Positions 32,495-45,237 of a DNA stretch of 64,000 nt are shown piece by piece. Origin of the DNA: an uncultured Verrucomicrobiae bacterium (GTDB lineage Bacteria; Verrucomicrobiota; Verrucomicrobiia; Limisphaerales; JAFGQR01). Under the pieces are notes generated by a model, which saw only the letters and a list, made by a program, of their open reading frames with translations, had not been told where the DNA came from and ran no database searches. The stretch lies in assembly GCA_963788655.1 (NCBI GenBank), contig CAWBHS010000074.1, positions 13,431 to 77,430 on the forward strand. Direction: 5' to 3'. Made by a program: the position numbers and the translations under genes. Numbering within the stretch: position 1 is the first letter of the stretch; each line of letters begins with the position of its first letter.

Positions 32495-34317
32495 CTAACG
32501 ATTCTTCCGCTCCAGCACAAAGGTTAGACGAACGTCAGCCAGCAAGCTCCGCAGTCGTTCAAACGTGTTCCAATCCAACAAATCCTTGTCCTCGATCTGG
32601 GTAACGGCTTTCACCAAAGCCGGATCGTCCAGGAACGGACTGAGAGTCAGCGGCACATAGCCCGGAGCCTCGGCGCGCAAGCGAATCGTGGCCGGGACGG
32701 TGATGTTTTCTTCCCCGGTCGGCAGGTGGTGCTTGGCGCCGGCTTGAGCAATAGGCCCTTGGAATGTAAGGCTGGTGAGGGTGCCGTCGAGCAGGTGGCC
32801 GGTTCGGGCGTCCACGATGCGCACGCCAACATGAGCCGGGACGGGGACGGGGGCTGATACGGTGTGGCTTCGAAAAAGAATGCGCCACTAATCGCGCGTT
32901 GTCTTTGGCGGTCACCGCCAAAAGCACGCACACAATACCAGGCGTTTTCGGTTTCGTGCAGAGTGACATTCGTCTGCCAGGCCGGGGTTGGTGGATTCAA
33001 AACAAACGTCCGCCATGGCCTTCCATTGCGCAGCATTTCCAATCGTTGCAATCCCCGACGGTCACTGCCACCCGCCCAGGCCTCAAGCACCAGCGAAGAC
33101 GCCTGGCCATGAGCCTCGTGGCGGGAGCCTGGTGGTTTTCCATCCACTGTGGCCAGCAGTAGTGGGCCAGTCGTAACGAACGTTTTACCCGCCGCCGTCG
33201 CCGCCGCCACCGCGGGCAGGGAGAACGCTCCTTCGACGAAGGTATAAGTCCGCGCGGCCCCCGGCACCGCGCCACCCGGACGATCGAAGCAGGCGTCGGA
33301 CGATCCGGTGGCCGCCAGGCGGTACCCGTGATTCAACAGCAGACACCAAAGCGCAAAGGCCTTTTCATTGGCGGAAAATTCGCCGCCCCCAGTAATCACA
33401 TCCAAACCGTCATAAGTCGGGCCGGCCAGCGTATCGAGCGGTAATTCGACGGCCATATTCGAGATGCGCATCTTCTCCCGCAGCGGATACCCGCCCTGCC
33501 CGCCCCAGGTTCCCGTCCACCAGCGCGCGGGATGGGTATAGAAGACCTTGCCGCCTTGGGCGTGAATCAACTGGTGCGACTCAAAATTGGCAAAGGGTGG
33601 CTTGCTCGATTCGTAATCCGCGGCACTCGCAGTCAGCAACAAATCGATCACGTTTTGGCCCGCGGAAGTGCGCCCATTGACCGCCAGGCTCCAGCAATGC
33701 CCCAGGCAGCGGCCGGCATCGCCGCGGTAATAATTCTTTGGTGCTTCGAGGTTCCAAGTCAGCACACAATCGGGCCTGGACCGTGCGTGCAGCTCGGCAT
33801 CGAGTTTTTCGGGAGTGGGTTTCTCCATCGACCAGGCGTGGCTGAGCGAGAGGTATTGCAAATCCTCGGCTTGGGCGGTGAGGGCTACGAAATTGAAATC
33901 CACCGGAATGGTTTTCTCACCGTGAATCATGTGCGCATGACTGTCGCCCGCATACCAACCGCGCCGGCGCAAATCAACGATCCGCTCCAGCTTGAATTCC
34001 AGGTTGGTCTCCGCCCCGGCCGGCAAATCGAGTTCGCGCTCCACCGCCCGTGTTTCCAATCCGCGGCTGATTCGCACGTGGGTTCGGCCCGCCGGCAGCG
34101 TCTTAACGAAACGCCCATCGCAACGGAAGCCCGATTTGAATGATTCGCGCTCGGTTATTACGCGACCGTTGGCGTCAGTGATGGCAACCGTGCAAGCGGT
34201 AATCAAACCGGTCGTCGCGTCCTTGACCGTGCCGCGCAATCGGGCGGTGCCAGCCGCGCGCGCCGGCACACCGGCCGACAGGCAAGCAAGGCACAACAGA
34301 AGGAGCAGTGACTTCAT
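32495..34317 (-). CDS. Secreted CehA/McbA-like PHP metallohydrolase (frameshift near 32830)
   Basis: [33 protein letters not shown]. Confidence 0.75.
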
Positions 34318-34404
34318 ATTGTGGGCTTCGCACAGATGAAACCAACATGCAATCAACTTTTGAAAACGGCGGGGGCGAAGTGCTGCCGGCAGCACGCCGT
34401 TGGA

Positions 34405-34560
34405 TCAGGCTCGCTCGCAAACCGCCTGGCAAACGTCCGCCGCTGCCTCGGGCTTGCCCAACGCTCTGGCGGCCCGGGACATGGTTTTGAGTATGGGCGT
34501 TCCCAACAGGTGCTCGAGGCGGAAAGGCAAATCTTCCGCGCGATTCACTTTGGCAGCACC
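34405..34560 (-). pseudogene. C-terminal remnant of an MGDG-synthase/GT28-like glycosyltransferase
   Basis: GAAKVNRAEDLPFRLEHLLG..LKTMSRAARALGKPEAAADVC resembles the GT28 C-terminus; cut off at a REP. Confidence 0.5.
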
Positions 34561-34684
34561 CCGGCCCTCTCCCCCAGGGAGAGGGAGAATCGATGACCGG
34601 TCTTCTGAAAACACGATGTCCCTTGGTTTCCGGAGCGGCACCTCCATCGGTTCCCTCTCCCTGGGGAGAGGGTTAGGGTGAGGG
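34558..34684. repeat. REP-like family E inverted pair (CCCTCTCCC..GGGAGAGGG)
   Basis: CCGGCCCTCTCCCCCAGGGAGAGGG ... CCCTCTCCCTGGGGAGAGGGTTAGGGTGAGGG. Confidence 0.8.
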
Positions 34685-34948
34685 AGAACGAGCCAATTGA
34701 ATGTCACCATGCGTCGTCCATCCCAAGCGCTCATCAGTAAGGCGGCCGATAATTTCCAGCGGCATGAAGTGGGTGCAAAGCACGACGGGCGGGTTGAATC
34801 GCATGATTTCGTCGCGAAATTTCGGCGACGATCACATCGATGCTCCACCATTTACCCATCAACCGTGCATGCCTTTCACGCCATTTACCGCTCGACAATG
34901 GCCGGTTTGCCTTTGGACACTCTACCGTCCGAATTGTCCGACTTTTCA

Positions 34949-36235
34949 ATGAATCGAAAGCACATTATCGCCGCGAGCGCCTTGTTGTTCCTGGTTGGTT
35001 TCGCGGTTTGGTTTTGGCCGCGTTCGGGGCCCCGCGCTACGGGCGCCATACCCCAGGATGCCTATCTCTGGCAACGAGCCTGGACCGAACCGGTTCGGGA
35101 AGTGGTGTCACGGCACGCGACCAATTTTTCTGAATTGATTACATTGAGCGCGGAAGTGGTTTGGAAGCACGGCAAGCCCCAAGTCGTGCGCGTGCCGTTG
35201 CGTTACGATGTGCTGCGTCAAGCTGGATGCCGAGTGGGATTGGCCCTGCGGATCGGGCCGTTCTCAGGTCCGTTTGCCGCCGATGACGAACGCGCCCGCT
35301 GGCTGACCGATCTGACGGCGTCGCGGGTGCGCGAAGCAAAATCAAATCAGCTCACCGTGGCGGAACTGCAACTCGATTTCGATTGCGCGGAGTCCAAGCT
35401 CGACGGTTACCGACAATGGGTACAGGCCGTTCAACGCGGCGTGTCGCCGGTGCCGGTTACCATCACGGCGCTCCCGTCCTGGCTCGATCGACGCGCGTTT
35501 CGCCGCCTCGTGCAAACGGCGGACGGATTTGTCCTTCAGGTGCATTCGCTGGAACGTCCCCAAAACGCGGAAGCCCCGTTTGCGTTGTGCGTTCCGGCGG
35601 CGGCGCGGCGGGCGGTGGAAAAGGCCGCGCACGCCGGCCGGCCGTTCCGCGTGGCGTTGCCGACTTACGGCTACTTAATGGCGTTTGACGAGACGGGCAA
35701 GCTGGTGGGCTTGTCGGCGGAAGGCCCCTCGTTGAGCTGGCCGTCCGGGCTTTTATTGCGCGAGGTGCGAAGCGATCCGGCGGCCATGGCGGATCTCGTT
35801 CAAGGATGGGTCAAAGACCGGCCGGCACTGTTACGCGGCATTCTCTGGTACCGGTTGCCCGTTGCTGGTGAAGAGTTGAATTGGGCCTGGCCCGCGTTGG
35901 CCCGCGTGATGACCGGTCAGCCACCGGAGCCGCATTTGCACCCGGTGGTGCGCCATCCGAAGCCGGGATTGGTTGAGGTCGATTTGGAGAACCGTGGGAC
36001 CGCCGATTTTTGTGCGCCGGCACGATTGCGCGTGCAATGGAAAAATGCCAGGCTGGTCGCCAGTGACGGCGTAGCGGGATTTGAGACGGTGCCCGCCGGG
36101 CCATACGCGCTGGAATTTCGAAATGGGGCGGCGCCAGTGCGATTTCACCCCGGGCAAAAACAACTGATTGGCTGGCTGCGGCTTGAAACCAACGTCGAGG
36201 TGCAGGTTGAACTTTCGACACATGAATCACAGTGA
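34949..36235 (+). CDS. DUF3142 domain protein
   Basis: AYLWQRAW, LQLDFDC, ITALPSWL, FVLQVH, ALPTY, WYRLP. Confidence 0.85.
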   Translation: MNRKHIIAASALLFLVGFAVWFWPRSGPRATGAIPQDAYLWQRAWTEPVREVVSRHATNFSELITLSAEVVWKHGKPQVVRVPLRYDVLRQAGCRVGLALRIGPFSGPFAADDERARWLTDLTASRVREAKSNQLTVAELQLDFDCAESKLDGYRQWVQAVQRGVSPVPVTITALPSWLDRRAFRRLVQTADGFVLQVHSLERPQNAEAPFALCVPAAARRAVEKAAHAGRPFRVALPTYGYLMAFDETGKLVGLSAEGPSLSWPSGLLLREVRSDPAAMADLVQGWVKDRPALLRGILWYRLPVAGEELNWAWPALARVMTGQPPEPHLHPVVRHPKPGLVEVDLENRGTADFCAPARLRVQWKNARLVASDGVAGFETVPAGPYALEFRNGAAPVRFHPGQKQLIGWLRLETNVEVQVELSTHESQ

Positions 36236-38651
36236 TCGGCATTGTATGACCAGAGACGGAAAGAGGATTCGGGCCTTCAGGCTTCGGATTTCTTTCGGAT
36301 TTCGGCCTTCGGATTTCGGAGTTGCCCAACGCTTTTCGCGGCTTCTCATTCTGGTTTTGATGCTCGCCAACCCCTGGGTCAGGGCGTGTGGTCCCTTCTT
36401 CCCCAACTGGCTGTTGCTGCAAGGAGACGCGGCGGCGCTGGCGGCGCCGGAGACCGTGTTCAAGGTGGAAATTCAACGGGCGTTTCCTGCCGAATCGAAA
36501 TACTCCGCAGTTCCTGGGAATAATTCTGAAGAAACCGTCATCGCCGAGTTGCGCGATTTGAAAGCGGCGCTCGCCGCGGCGAACGTGCCGGACGAGGAGG
36601 CCAAAGAAATCATTGAAGAGCACTACGCCGAGCGCAAAAAGATCCGCGGTTATCGCTTGCCCAACGACCCTCCAGAACCGTCAAGCGGAACGCTGCGTCA
36701 GGTGGCTGCGGTGCTGCGTCCGCATACCAACGAGCCTCCGCGAATCGGCGCCGTGGCACCGGTAATGACCCCACTGTTGCCGGAGGAGTTCGTTGATTAC
36801 TTTCGCGGTGCGGTGGCGTGGCACCGCGGACAGTTGGCCGCAGCGCGCTCCATTTGGGAAATATTGCTGCGGCGTCCTGCAACCGAACGCCATTTCAAAT
36901 CGACCTGGGCAGCCTACATGCTGGGTAAGAGCTGGGAAGAAGAGAACCGAGCCAGAGCCATCCGATATTTCCAGTTGGTGCGCAAATTGGCCGCGGAAGG
37001 GTTTGCCGATTCACTGGGCTTGGCGGCGGCGAGCCTGGGCTGGGAGGCGCGCTTGCAAGTTCGCGATGCAAATTTTGTTTCAGCCATCGAACTGTATTTG
37101 GACCAGGGGGCCACTGGGGACGAGTCCAGCATTAACTCGCTCGCCTTCACCATCACCGGCGCGTTTGCCGACGGGCCTTCGACGCGGCGCAAGCTGGCCG
37201 CCATTCCGCGGTGCCGGCAGGCAGTGACGGCCCATTTGCTTTCCCGCCTTGGCCCCGCGCGGTATCACACCGATGGCGTGATGAAGGAGGCCATGTTGAA
37301 GACCCTCGAAAAAGCCTCCACCAAAGTCTCGTTCGTCCCAGCTTCCGTGCGGAACTGGCACACCTATACCCCGGCTCTAACCCTCTGGTTGGACGCCATC
37401 GAATCGGCGAGAGCCAAAGATGTGGCGCTGGCCGAGCAATTGGCGCTGGCGGCGTATCAGGCCGGCGACCTCGAACAGTCGCGCCGGTGGATCGCCCGCG
37501 CACAAGCCACGCCGCTTGTCGATTGGCTCCAGGCAAAATTGCTGTTGCGCGACGGCAAGTTGGACACCGCGGCCGCCATGTTGGCAAAGGTCTGCAAGTA
37601 TTTTCCGATGGACTCGTCCGCCACCAATGAGCTCGATTCGTCCGGGTTGGCCAGCCGGCTGATCGTGCCGGGATATGACTATTTCGGCTCGGTGGCGGCC
37701 AGCCATTATGTGCGGGGAGAATTGGGTTTGTTGCAGTTGGCGCGTCACCAATACGTCGAAGCCCTCGATGGCTTGCTCCGCGGCGGTTTCTGGGCGGACG
37801 CAGCGTATGTGGCTGAACAGGTGTTGCAGCTCGGAGAACTGAAGAATTACGTGGACCGCAATTGGCCGCCACCGCCAATCCCGGCAGAGCGGCAAGAGCT
37901 TTCCGAGGAATCGTTGCCAGCGGTCTTGAAGCAGCCTGGGCTCGGACACGCGGATGGCGATAGTGGTGCGATCCGTTACCTGCTGGCCCGGCGCCTGGCG
38001 CGGGCGAAGCGTTTTGCGGAAGCGCGGCAGTACTATCCGCCGGATTGTCTGGCGTGTTTCGATACCTATTCCAGTGCGCTGGAACAAGCGTCGGCGAAGG
38101 TGGCGTCGAAGGCCGAGTGCGCCACCGCTTATTGGCGAGCCGCGCGAATATGCCGTTACGTCGGCATGGAACTCATCGGCACCGAGGTCAGTCCCGATTG
38201 GCACCTGCACGACGGGCAATTCGACTATGGCCCGGAATTGGTAGCGCGCATCGCCAACACCAATACCGTCTATCTGCGGCCGGACGCGGCCGAAGCGGAA
38301 CGGGTGGCGCAGCATACCCCGGAACCCGATGTGCGCTTTCACTATCGTTACCTGGCGGCGGACTTGGCGTGGCAAGCTGCGGAACTAATGCCGGACAATT
38401 CGCGCAACACCGCGTTGGTGTTGCTCGAAGCAGGATGCTGGCTGAGAAATCGCGATCCCGAGGCCGCGGACAAATTCTACAAGGCGATCGTGCTTCGCTG
38501 CCCCAAAACCGACATCGGCGCCGAAGCGGACCGCATTCACTGGTTCCCGCAACTCGATGCCGCCGGCAAGGTGGTGCCCAGAGTAATACCCGCCAAGGAG
38601 ACGGGCAACGAGCCGGAGTCGCAGTTCCAAACAGAGCCGCTGAAGCGTTGA
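36222..38651 (+). CDS. Secreted alpha-helical (TPR-like) protein, partner of DUF3142
   Basis: Signal peptide ending A-CGP; overlaps the DUF3142 stop; long coherent ORF. Confidence 0.75.
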   Translation: MNHSDRHCMTRDGKRIRAFRLRISFGFRPSDFGVAQRFSRLLILVLMLANPWVRACGPFFPNWLLLQGDAAALAAPETVFKVEIQRAFPAESKYSAVPGNNSEETVIAELRDLKAALAAANVPDEEAKEIIEEHYAERKKIRGYRLPNDPPEPSSGTLRQVAAVLRPHTNEPPRIGAVAPVMTPLLPEEFVDYFRGAVAWHRGQLAAARSIWEILLRRPATERHFKSTWAAYMLGKSWEEENRARAIRYFQLVRKLAAEGFADSLGLAAASLGWEARLQVRDANFVSAIELYLDQGATGDESSINSLAFTITGAFADGPSTRRKLAAIPRCRQAVTAHLLSRLGPARYHTDGVMKEAMLKTLEKASTKVSFVPASVRNWHTYTPALTLWLDAIESARAKDVALAEQLALAAYQAGDLEQSRRWIARAQATPLVDWLQAKLLLRDGKLDTAAAMLAKVCKYFPMDSSATNELDSSGLASRLIVPGYDYFGSVAASHYVRGELGLLQLARHQYVEALDGLLRGGFWADAAYVAEQVLQLGELKNYVDRNWPPPPIPAERQELSEESLPAVLKQPGLGHADGDSGAIRYLLARRLARAKRFAEARQYYPPDCLACFDTYSSALEQASAKVASKAECATAYWRAARICRYVGMELIGTEVSPDWHLHDGQFDYGPELVARIANTNTVYLRPDAAEAERVAQHTPEPDVRFHYRYLAADLAWQAAELMPDNSRNTALVLLEAGCWLRNRDPEAADKFYKAIVLRCPKTDIGAEADRIHWFPQLDAAGKVVPRVIPAKETGNEPESQFQTEPLKR

Positions 38652-38921
38652 AGATTTGAAAGGTGGCGCGAAGGCTCCGTGACGGTTTTTCAATCGACTC
38701 GGATCGCAAAGGTATTGGACGGCTTGGCGACTTTGCATAACTCCCCTCACCGCAAAGAAACGAAGCGCACAGAGTCTGCTGGAGAGAATCTTTGCGCCCT
38801 TCGCGACGTTGCAGTGAATCGGGCCAGCACCCTCAGACAAGGCATTCGAAGTCGATCTTCGTAATTGCTGGGCTGAGGTTCTGCCGCGCCGGGTTCTTCG
38901 CGGTTGAATTGCTCCTTAGCT

Positions 38922-39908
<987 letters not shown>

Positions 39909-40019
39909 GATTTGTGGTCGATCACTGATTATATCGAGAGCAGCGCAGGATGCAACCGCCTCAGTGCCGAAGCAATGAACAGAATGGTGGTCAATGATCA
40001 CAAAGTTTGAGAAGCGGCG

Positions 40020-40310
40020 TCAGCGTCCTGCTCGCATTCTCTCGTTCGCTTGCTGAATGGCGTCGAGCTGCCACCTTCGCCCGTTCGTCGCAGTCACGTC
40101 CCAGTCTTTGGCCCGGCTGGCGTAGTCAAAGACCCATAGCGCAGAGAGTGGAACACGAGATGTTTCAAGGGCCGCGAGAATGGTGGCAAATTTCTCCTTC
40201 GATTCCGTGGTGGCGGCACAGGGTACGCCGAACTCCCCAGCGAACAGCGGCTTTTTCACCGCCTGCGCCACCGCCATGGCCTGGGCCAGCCGGCCGAGGT
40301 CTTTGACCGG
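40020..40310 (-). pseudogene. C-terminal fragment of a GH5-like glycoside hydrolase
   Basis: KKPLFAGEFG nucleophile motif and LSALWVFD; there is no room for the N-terminal part. Confidence 0.5.
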
Positions 40311-40411
40311 GTCGTAGCCGCGCACGCACAGGGTGTTCACGGGCGAAGGAAACAATGCGGATTGCTACTACTATGCAAAGGGGGGCACGATGCACGCAAA
40401 TGTTACTCTCG

Positions 40412-40972
40412 TCAAAACACAGTGGGAATCACGCGATAGAAACGGTTGCGGTTCGTCGCATCCGTGTCAACAAATTTGACGTAGGGCGGAAAGCTGGGGA
40501 TCGAGAGGTTCGTTAACGTGGACCAGTTGGCCTGCGGCCAAGAATCCGTAGCGAAATCGACGCGCCAGGTCGTATTGGTGGTGGCCTGAATCGTAAGGGA
40601 AAAACCGTCGTCCTCCATGGCCGGGGTGGTCACGGCAAGGTACGCAATGCCGCTCCAGTCGTTGCCGTAATCATTAATCACCTGTACCCGAAAGAAGGTC
40701 GCCATTTCCGGCATCACGTTGGTTAACACGAGGGTACAGGTGTGCTCCTGCAAGGTGGCATTGGTGTACGCGAACGGAAAGAATTCGCGATACCATTCAA
40801 ACGTCAACGGCAATTCGCCCGTGGCCGTGACCGTAAGCTCGACCGTGCTGCCCGCACTGACAACGTGAGTCATTGGTGAAACTGTCACCGCCGGTCCCTG
40901 CCCAAAAGACGAGGGGACAATGGATAAAGCGATAAACGCCAATAGAGTGAAACGACTTCTAAATGTATTCAT
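40412..40972 (-). CDS. Small secreted Ig-domain protein with C-terminal RFYRV domain
   Basis: Signal peptide; V.ATGELPLTFEWY Ig motif; tail FVDTDATNRNRFYRV. Confidence 0.75.
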   Translation of the reverse strand: MNTFRSRFTLLAFIALSIVPSSFGQGPAVTVSPMTHVVSAGSTVELTVTATGELPLTFEWYREFFPFAYTNATLQEHTCTLVLTNVMPEMATFFRVQVINDYGNDWSGIAYLAVTTPAMEDDGFSLTIQATTNTTWRVDFATDSWPQANWSTLTNLSIPSFPPYVKFVDTDATNRNRFYRVIPTVF

Positions 40973-41154
40973 ATAGTTCCTCAACAAATTAACAGCTCTT
41001 GAAGAACGCTTATCATAATTTGACAAGCATTGTCAAGCCAGTTTGTCAGGTCAGTTCAAAGAACGCTCACCTTCCTCGCGTGCTTGCGTGGCGCGCACCT
41101 CGGGTGGCGGCGCTGGCCACCGTTCGGTCGTTTCGGGGAAGGCTTCGGACGAAG

Positions 41155-42537
<1,383 letters not shown>

Positions 42538-42733
42538 AACCAATGCCTCTTTTCTTGCCATGCGGCCTCGGGATCGAGGCTCCGAACCCGCTATTCAAGA
42601 TAGCAGGAAACAAAGGGGAGAACCAATGGGAAGTGGCGGAAAGGGAGCGGACGCCGGCGGCGGAAACGGGCGTCGCGAGGCCAACGGTTCGAACGGGCTT
42701 GCATTCAACCTCGATCTTGGGAGTATCAATCGC

Positions 42734-43459
42734 ATGGCGAATCCATCTCATTTGAAAATCTTGAAGGAACAGGGCAAACAAGAGTGGAACAACTGGCGGC
42801 TGCAAAACGCGATGTTGCGACCCAACCTCGAAGATGCCGACTTGCGGGAGGGAGACTGGAGCGGCACCGATTTTCGGGGGGCGAACCTGCGGCGGGCGCA
42901 GTTTCAAAATGCCAATCTGGAGGCGGCCATCCTCTGCGACGCCTTGATGGAGGAAACCCGCTTCTCCGGCGCCAATTTGAAGGGCGCGGTGATGTACAAC
43001 TCCGATCTCTCCAACGCTCATTTCGAGGGCGCCAATCTCAACATGTGCGACCTGTGCATGACGAATTTGAGCGGCGCAAATTTCAAGGATGCCGACCTGA
43101 ACCGCGCGGTCCTGATGAATTCGAACCTCGCCGGAGGCACCCTCGAAGGGGCCAAGCTCGGACAGGCCAACCTGACCGGTTCACGCTTCGATCAGGCGAA
43201 TTTAAAACACGCCAATCTGGACGATGCGCAACTCATGTGGGCCAATTTCAAGCAGGCCGACCTCCAGGAAGCCAGCCTGCGCCGCGCCATGTTGAGCGAG
43301 GGCAAATTCGAGCAGGCTTCGCTGAAGGACGCCGATTTGAGCCAAGCCCAGTTGCAAAAAACCAATCTTCAGCAAGCCGATCTGGCTGGCGCCAATCTTG
43401 AAGGCACCGATCTGGGCCAGGCCACCGCCAAACCGCCCCCGCCACCAACGGCCGATTGA
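42734..43459 (+). CDS. Pentapeptide repeat protein
   Basis: Continuous A(N/D)(L/F)xx repeats after an MANPSHL..WNNWR N-terminus. Confidence 0.92.
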   Translation: MANPSHLKILKEQGKQEWNNWRLQNAMLRPNLEDADLREGDWSGTDFRGANLRRAQFQNANLEAAILCDALMEETRFSGANLKGAVMYNSDLSNAHFEGANLNMCDLCMTNLSGANFKDADLNRAVLMNSNLAGGTLEGAKLGQANLTGSRFDQANLKHANLDDAQLMWANFKQADLQEASLRRAMLSEGKFEQASLKDADLSQAQLQKTNLQQADLAGANLEGTDLGQATAKPPPPPTAD

Positions 43460-43561
43460 TCTGCCCTTCAGATTAGCATCGCATTCCGCCTCGCTACTGG
43501 CGCAAACTGGCGCGCGTAACCTTTGGCTTTAATCGTCCGTCAAACTGCGGACGTGCATGCG

Positions 43562-45181
43562 ATGAAGAGCTTGATCAAACTGATGTTGGTCTCGGTGATT
43601 GCCGTTGCTTTCGCGGGCAGCGGCACGGAATTGTTCGCCGGGCCCGTCGTGCGGGATATGCCCCAGGACAAGGCGGCTGCGGACGCATTGTTCACCAACG
43701 TCGTGGTCCTGCGCTTGCGCCTTGAAATCCCCGAAAGCGGCATGAAATCGCTGCGGCAAAATCCGCGCCGCTATGTCCGCGCCACCCTTCACGAAGGGGA
43801 CACGGTCTATACCGACGTCGGCATTCACTTGAAGGGCAGCGCCGGCAGCTTTCGCGGGGTGGACGACAAACCGGGATTGACCTTGAATTGTTCCACCTTC
43901 GAAGCCAGCAGCAAATTCCATGGGCTAAAGAAATTTCATCTCAACAATTCCGTCCAGGATCCCACCTATCTCAGCGAACTGGTTTGCGGCGACCTGTTCC
44001 GCGCGGCCGGTGTCCCGGCTACTCGCGTGGCGCACGCCCTGGTGGAATTGAACGGGCACAAGCTGGGGCTCTATGTGTTGAAAGAAAGTTTCAACAAAGA
44101 TTTCCTGGCCCAGTATTTTCGCAGAACCCGTGGCAACATGTATGGCCAACCCGGCGGCGGCGACATTACCGAGCCTCTGGAACGCGTCGAAGGCCACGGC
44201 GAGAACACCCGCACCGATCTCAAGGCGCTGGCGGACGCAGCCCGGGAGCCGGAACCGACCAAACGCTGGGAGCGGCTGCAACAGGTGCTGGATGTGGATC
44301 GGTTTCTTTCTTACATGTCCCTGGAAGTCCTGCTCTGCCACTGGGACGGCTACACTTTCGCCCGGCACAATTATCGCGTTTATCACGACCTCGATACTGA
44401 CAAAATGGTCTTTTTTCCTCACGACATGGACCAAATGATCCGCAACGCGAACGTGCCGATCTTTCCCGGCGCCGGCGGGTTGATCTCCCGGAATATCCTG
44501 GAAACGCCCGAGGCGCGCTGGTTGTATCGAGAGCGGATTGAAATGCTGTTTACCAATCTCTTCGTGGTGCCAACCCTCACCAACCGCATCCACGAACTGG
44601 TGGCGCGCCTCGAGCCGGTGCTCAAGGATTACGACCCCAACCTCGCCCGCAACGTTGCCAACCAGGCCAACGATTTGGTCCACCGCATCATGAACCGCGC
44701 CGCCAGTTTGAAGCGCCAATTCGAAGTGCCCGCGCCACGGCGCCTGACCTTTGTGGATGGGGTGGCAACAGTGAAGGGGTGGCGAAAACAAGATTGGAAC
44801 AACTCGGCCCACCAGGAACAAATCAGCACGCCCGATGGCAAAACCGCCTATTGGATCAATACGTCTCAGCATACCACCGCCTCCTGGCGAGCCAAGATCC
44901 TGCTGCCCGCCGGCCGGTATCGATTCGAAGGGCTGGCGCGGTCTGCTGGCATTGATCCCACCCACGATCCGCTCAAAGGCACCGGCGCCGGCTTGCGCAT
45001 TTCGGGCAGCCAGCAACTCCGGGGCAATCAACTCACTGGCGATTCCCCGTGGCAACCGCTCGCCTACGAATTCGTAGTGCGCGCCAACCTCCAGGAAATT
45101 GAACTGGTCTGCGAATTGCGCGCGACCCAGGGGGAAGTGTGGTTCGATGCGAATTCATTGCAGTTGGGGCGACAGCCGTGA
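43562..45181 (+). CDS. Secreted CotH-family kinase with C-terminal carbohydrate-binding-like domain
   Basis: VGIHLKG..SFR, KFHLNN, GLYVLKE, WDGY..HNY, FFPHDMD. Confidence 0.88.
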   Translation: MKSLIKLMLVSVIAVAFAGSGTELFAGPVVRDMPQDKAAADALFTNVVVLRLRLEIPESGMKSLRQNPRRYVRATLHEGDTVYTDVGIHLKGSAGSFRGVDDKPGLTLNCSTFEASSKFHGLKKFHLNNSVQDPTYLSELVCGDLFRAAGVPATRVAHALVELNGHKLGLYVLKESFNKDFLAQYFRRTRGNMYGQPGGGDITEPLERVEGHGENTRTDLKALADAAREPEPTKRWERLQQVLDVDRFLSYMSLEVLLCHWDGYTFARHNYRVYHDLDTDKMVFFPHDMDQMIRNANVPIFPGAGGLISRNILETPEARWLYRERIEMLFTNLFVVPTLTNRIHELVARLEPVLKDYDPNLARNVANQANDLVHRIMNRAASLKRQFEVPAPRRLTFVDGVATVKGWRKQDWNNSAHQEQISTPDGKTAYWINTSQHTTASWRAKILLPAGRYRFEGLARSAGIDPTHDPLKGTGAGLRISGSQQLRGNQLTGDSPWQPLAYEFVVRANLQEIELVCELRATQGEVWFDANSLQLGRQP

Positions 45182-45237
45182 GAGGCCATGCTCATTTGAC
45201 TTGTATCAGCGAATGTTGTCCGCAACCATTACATGCC

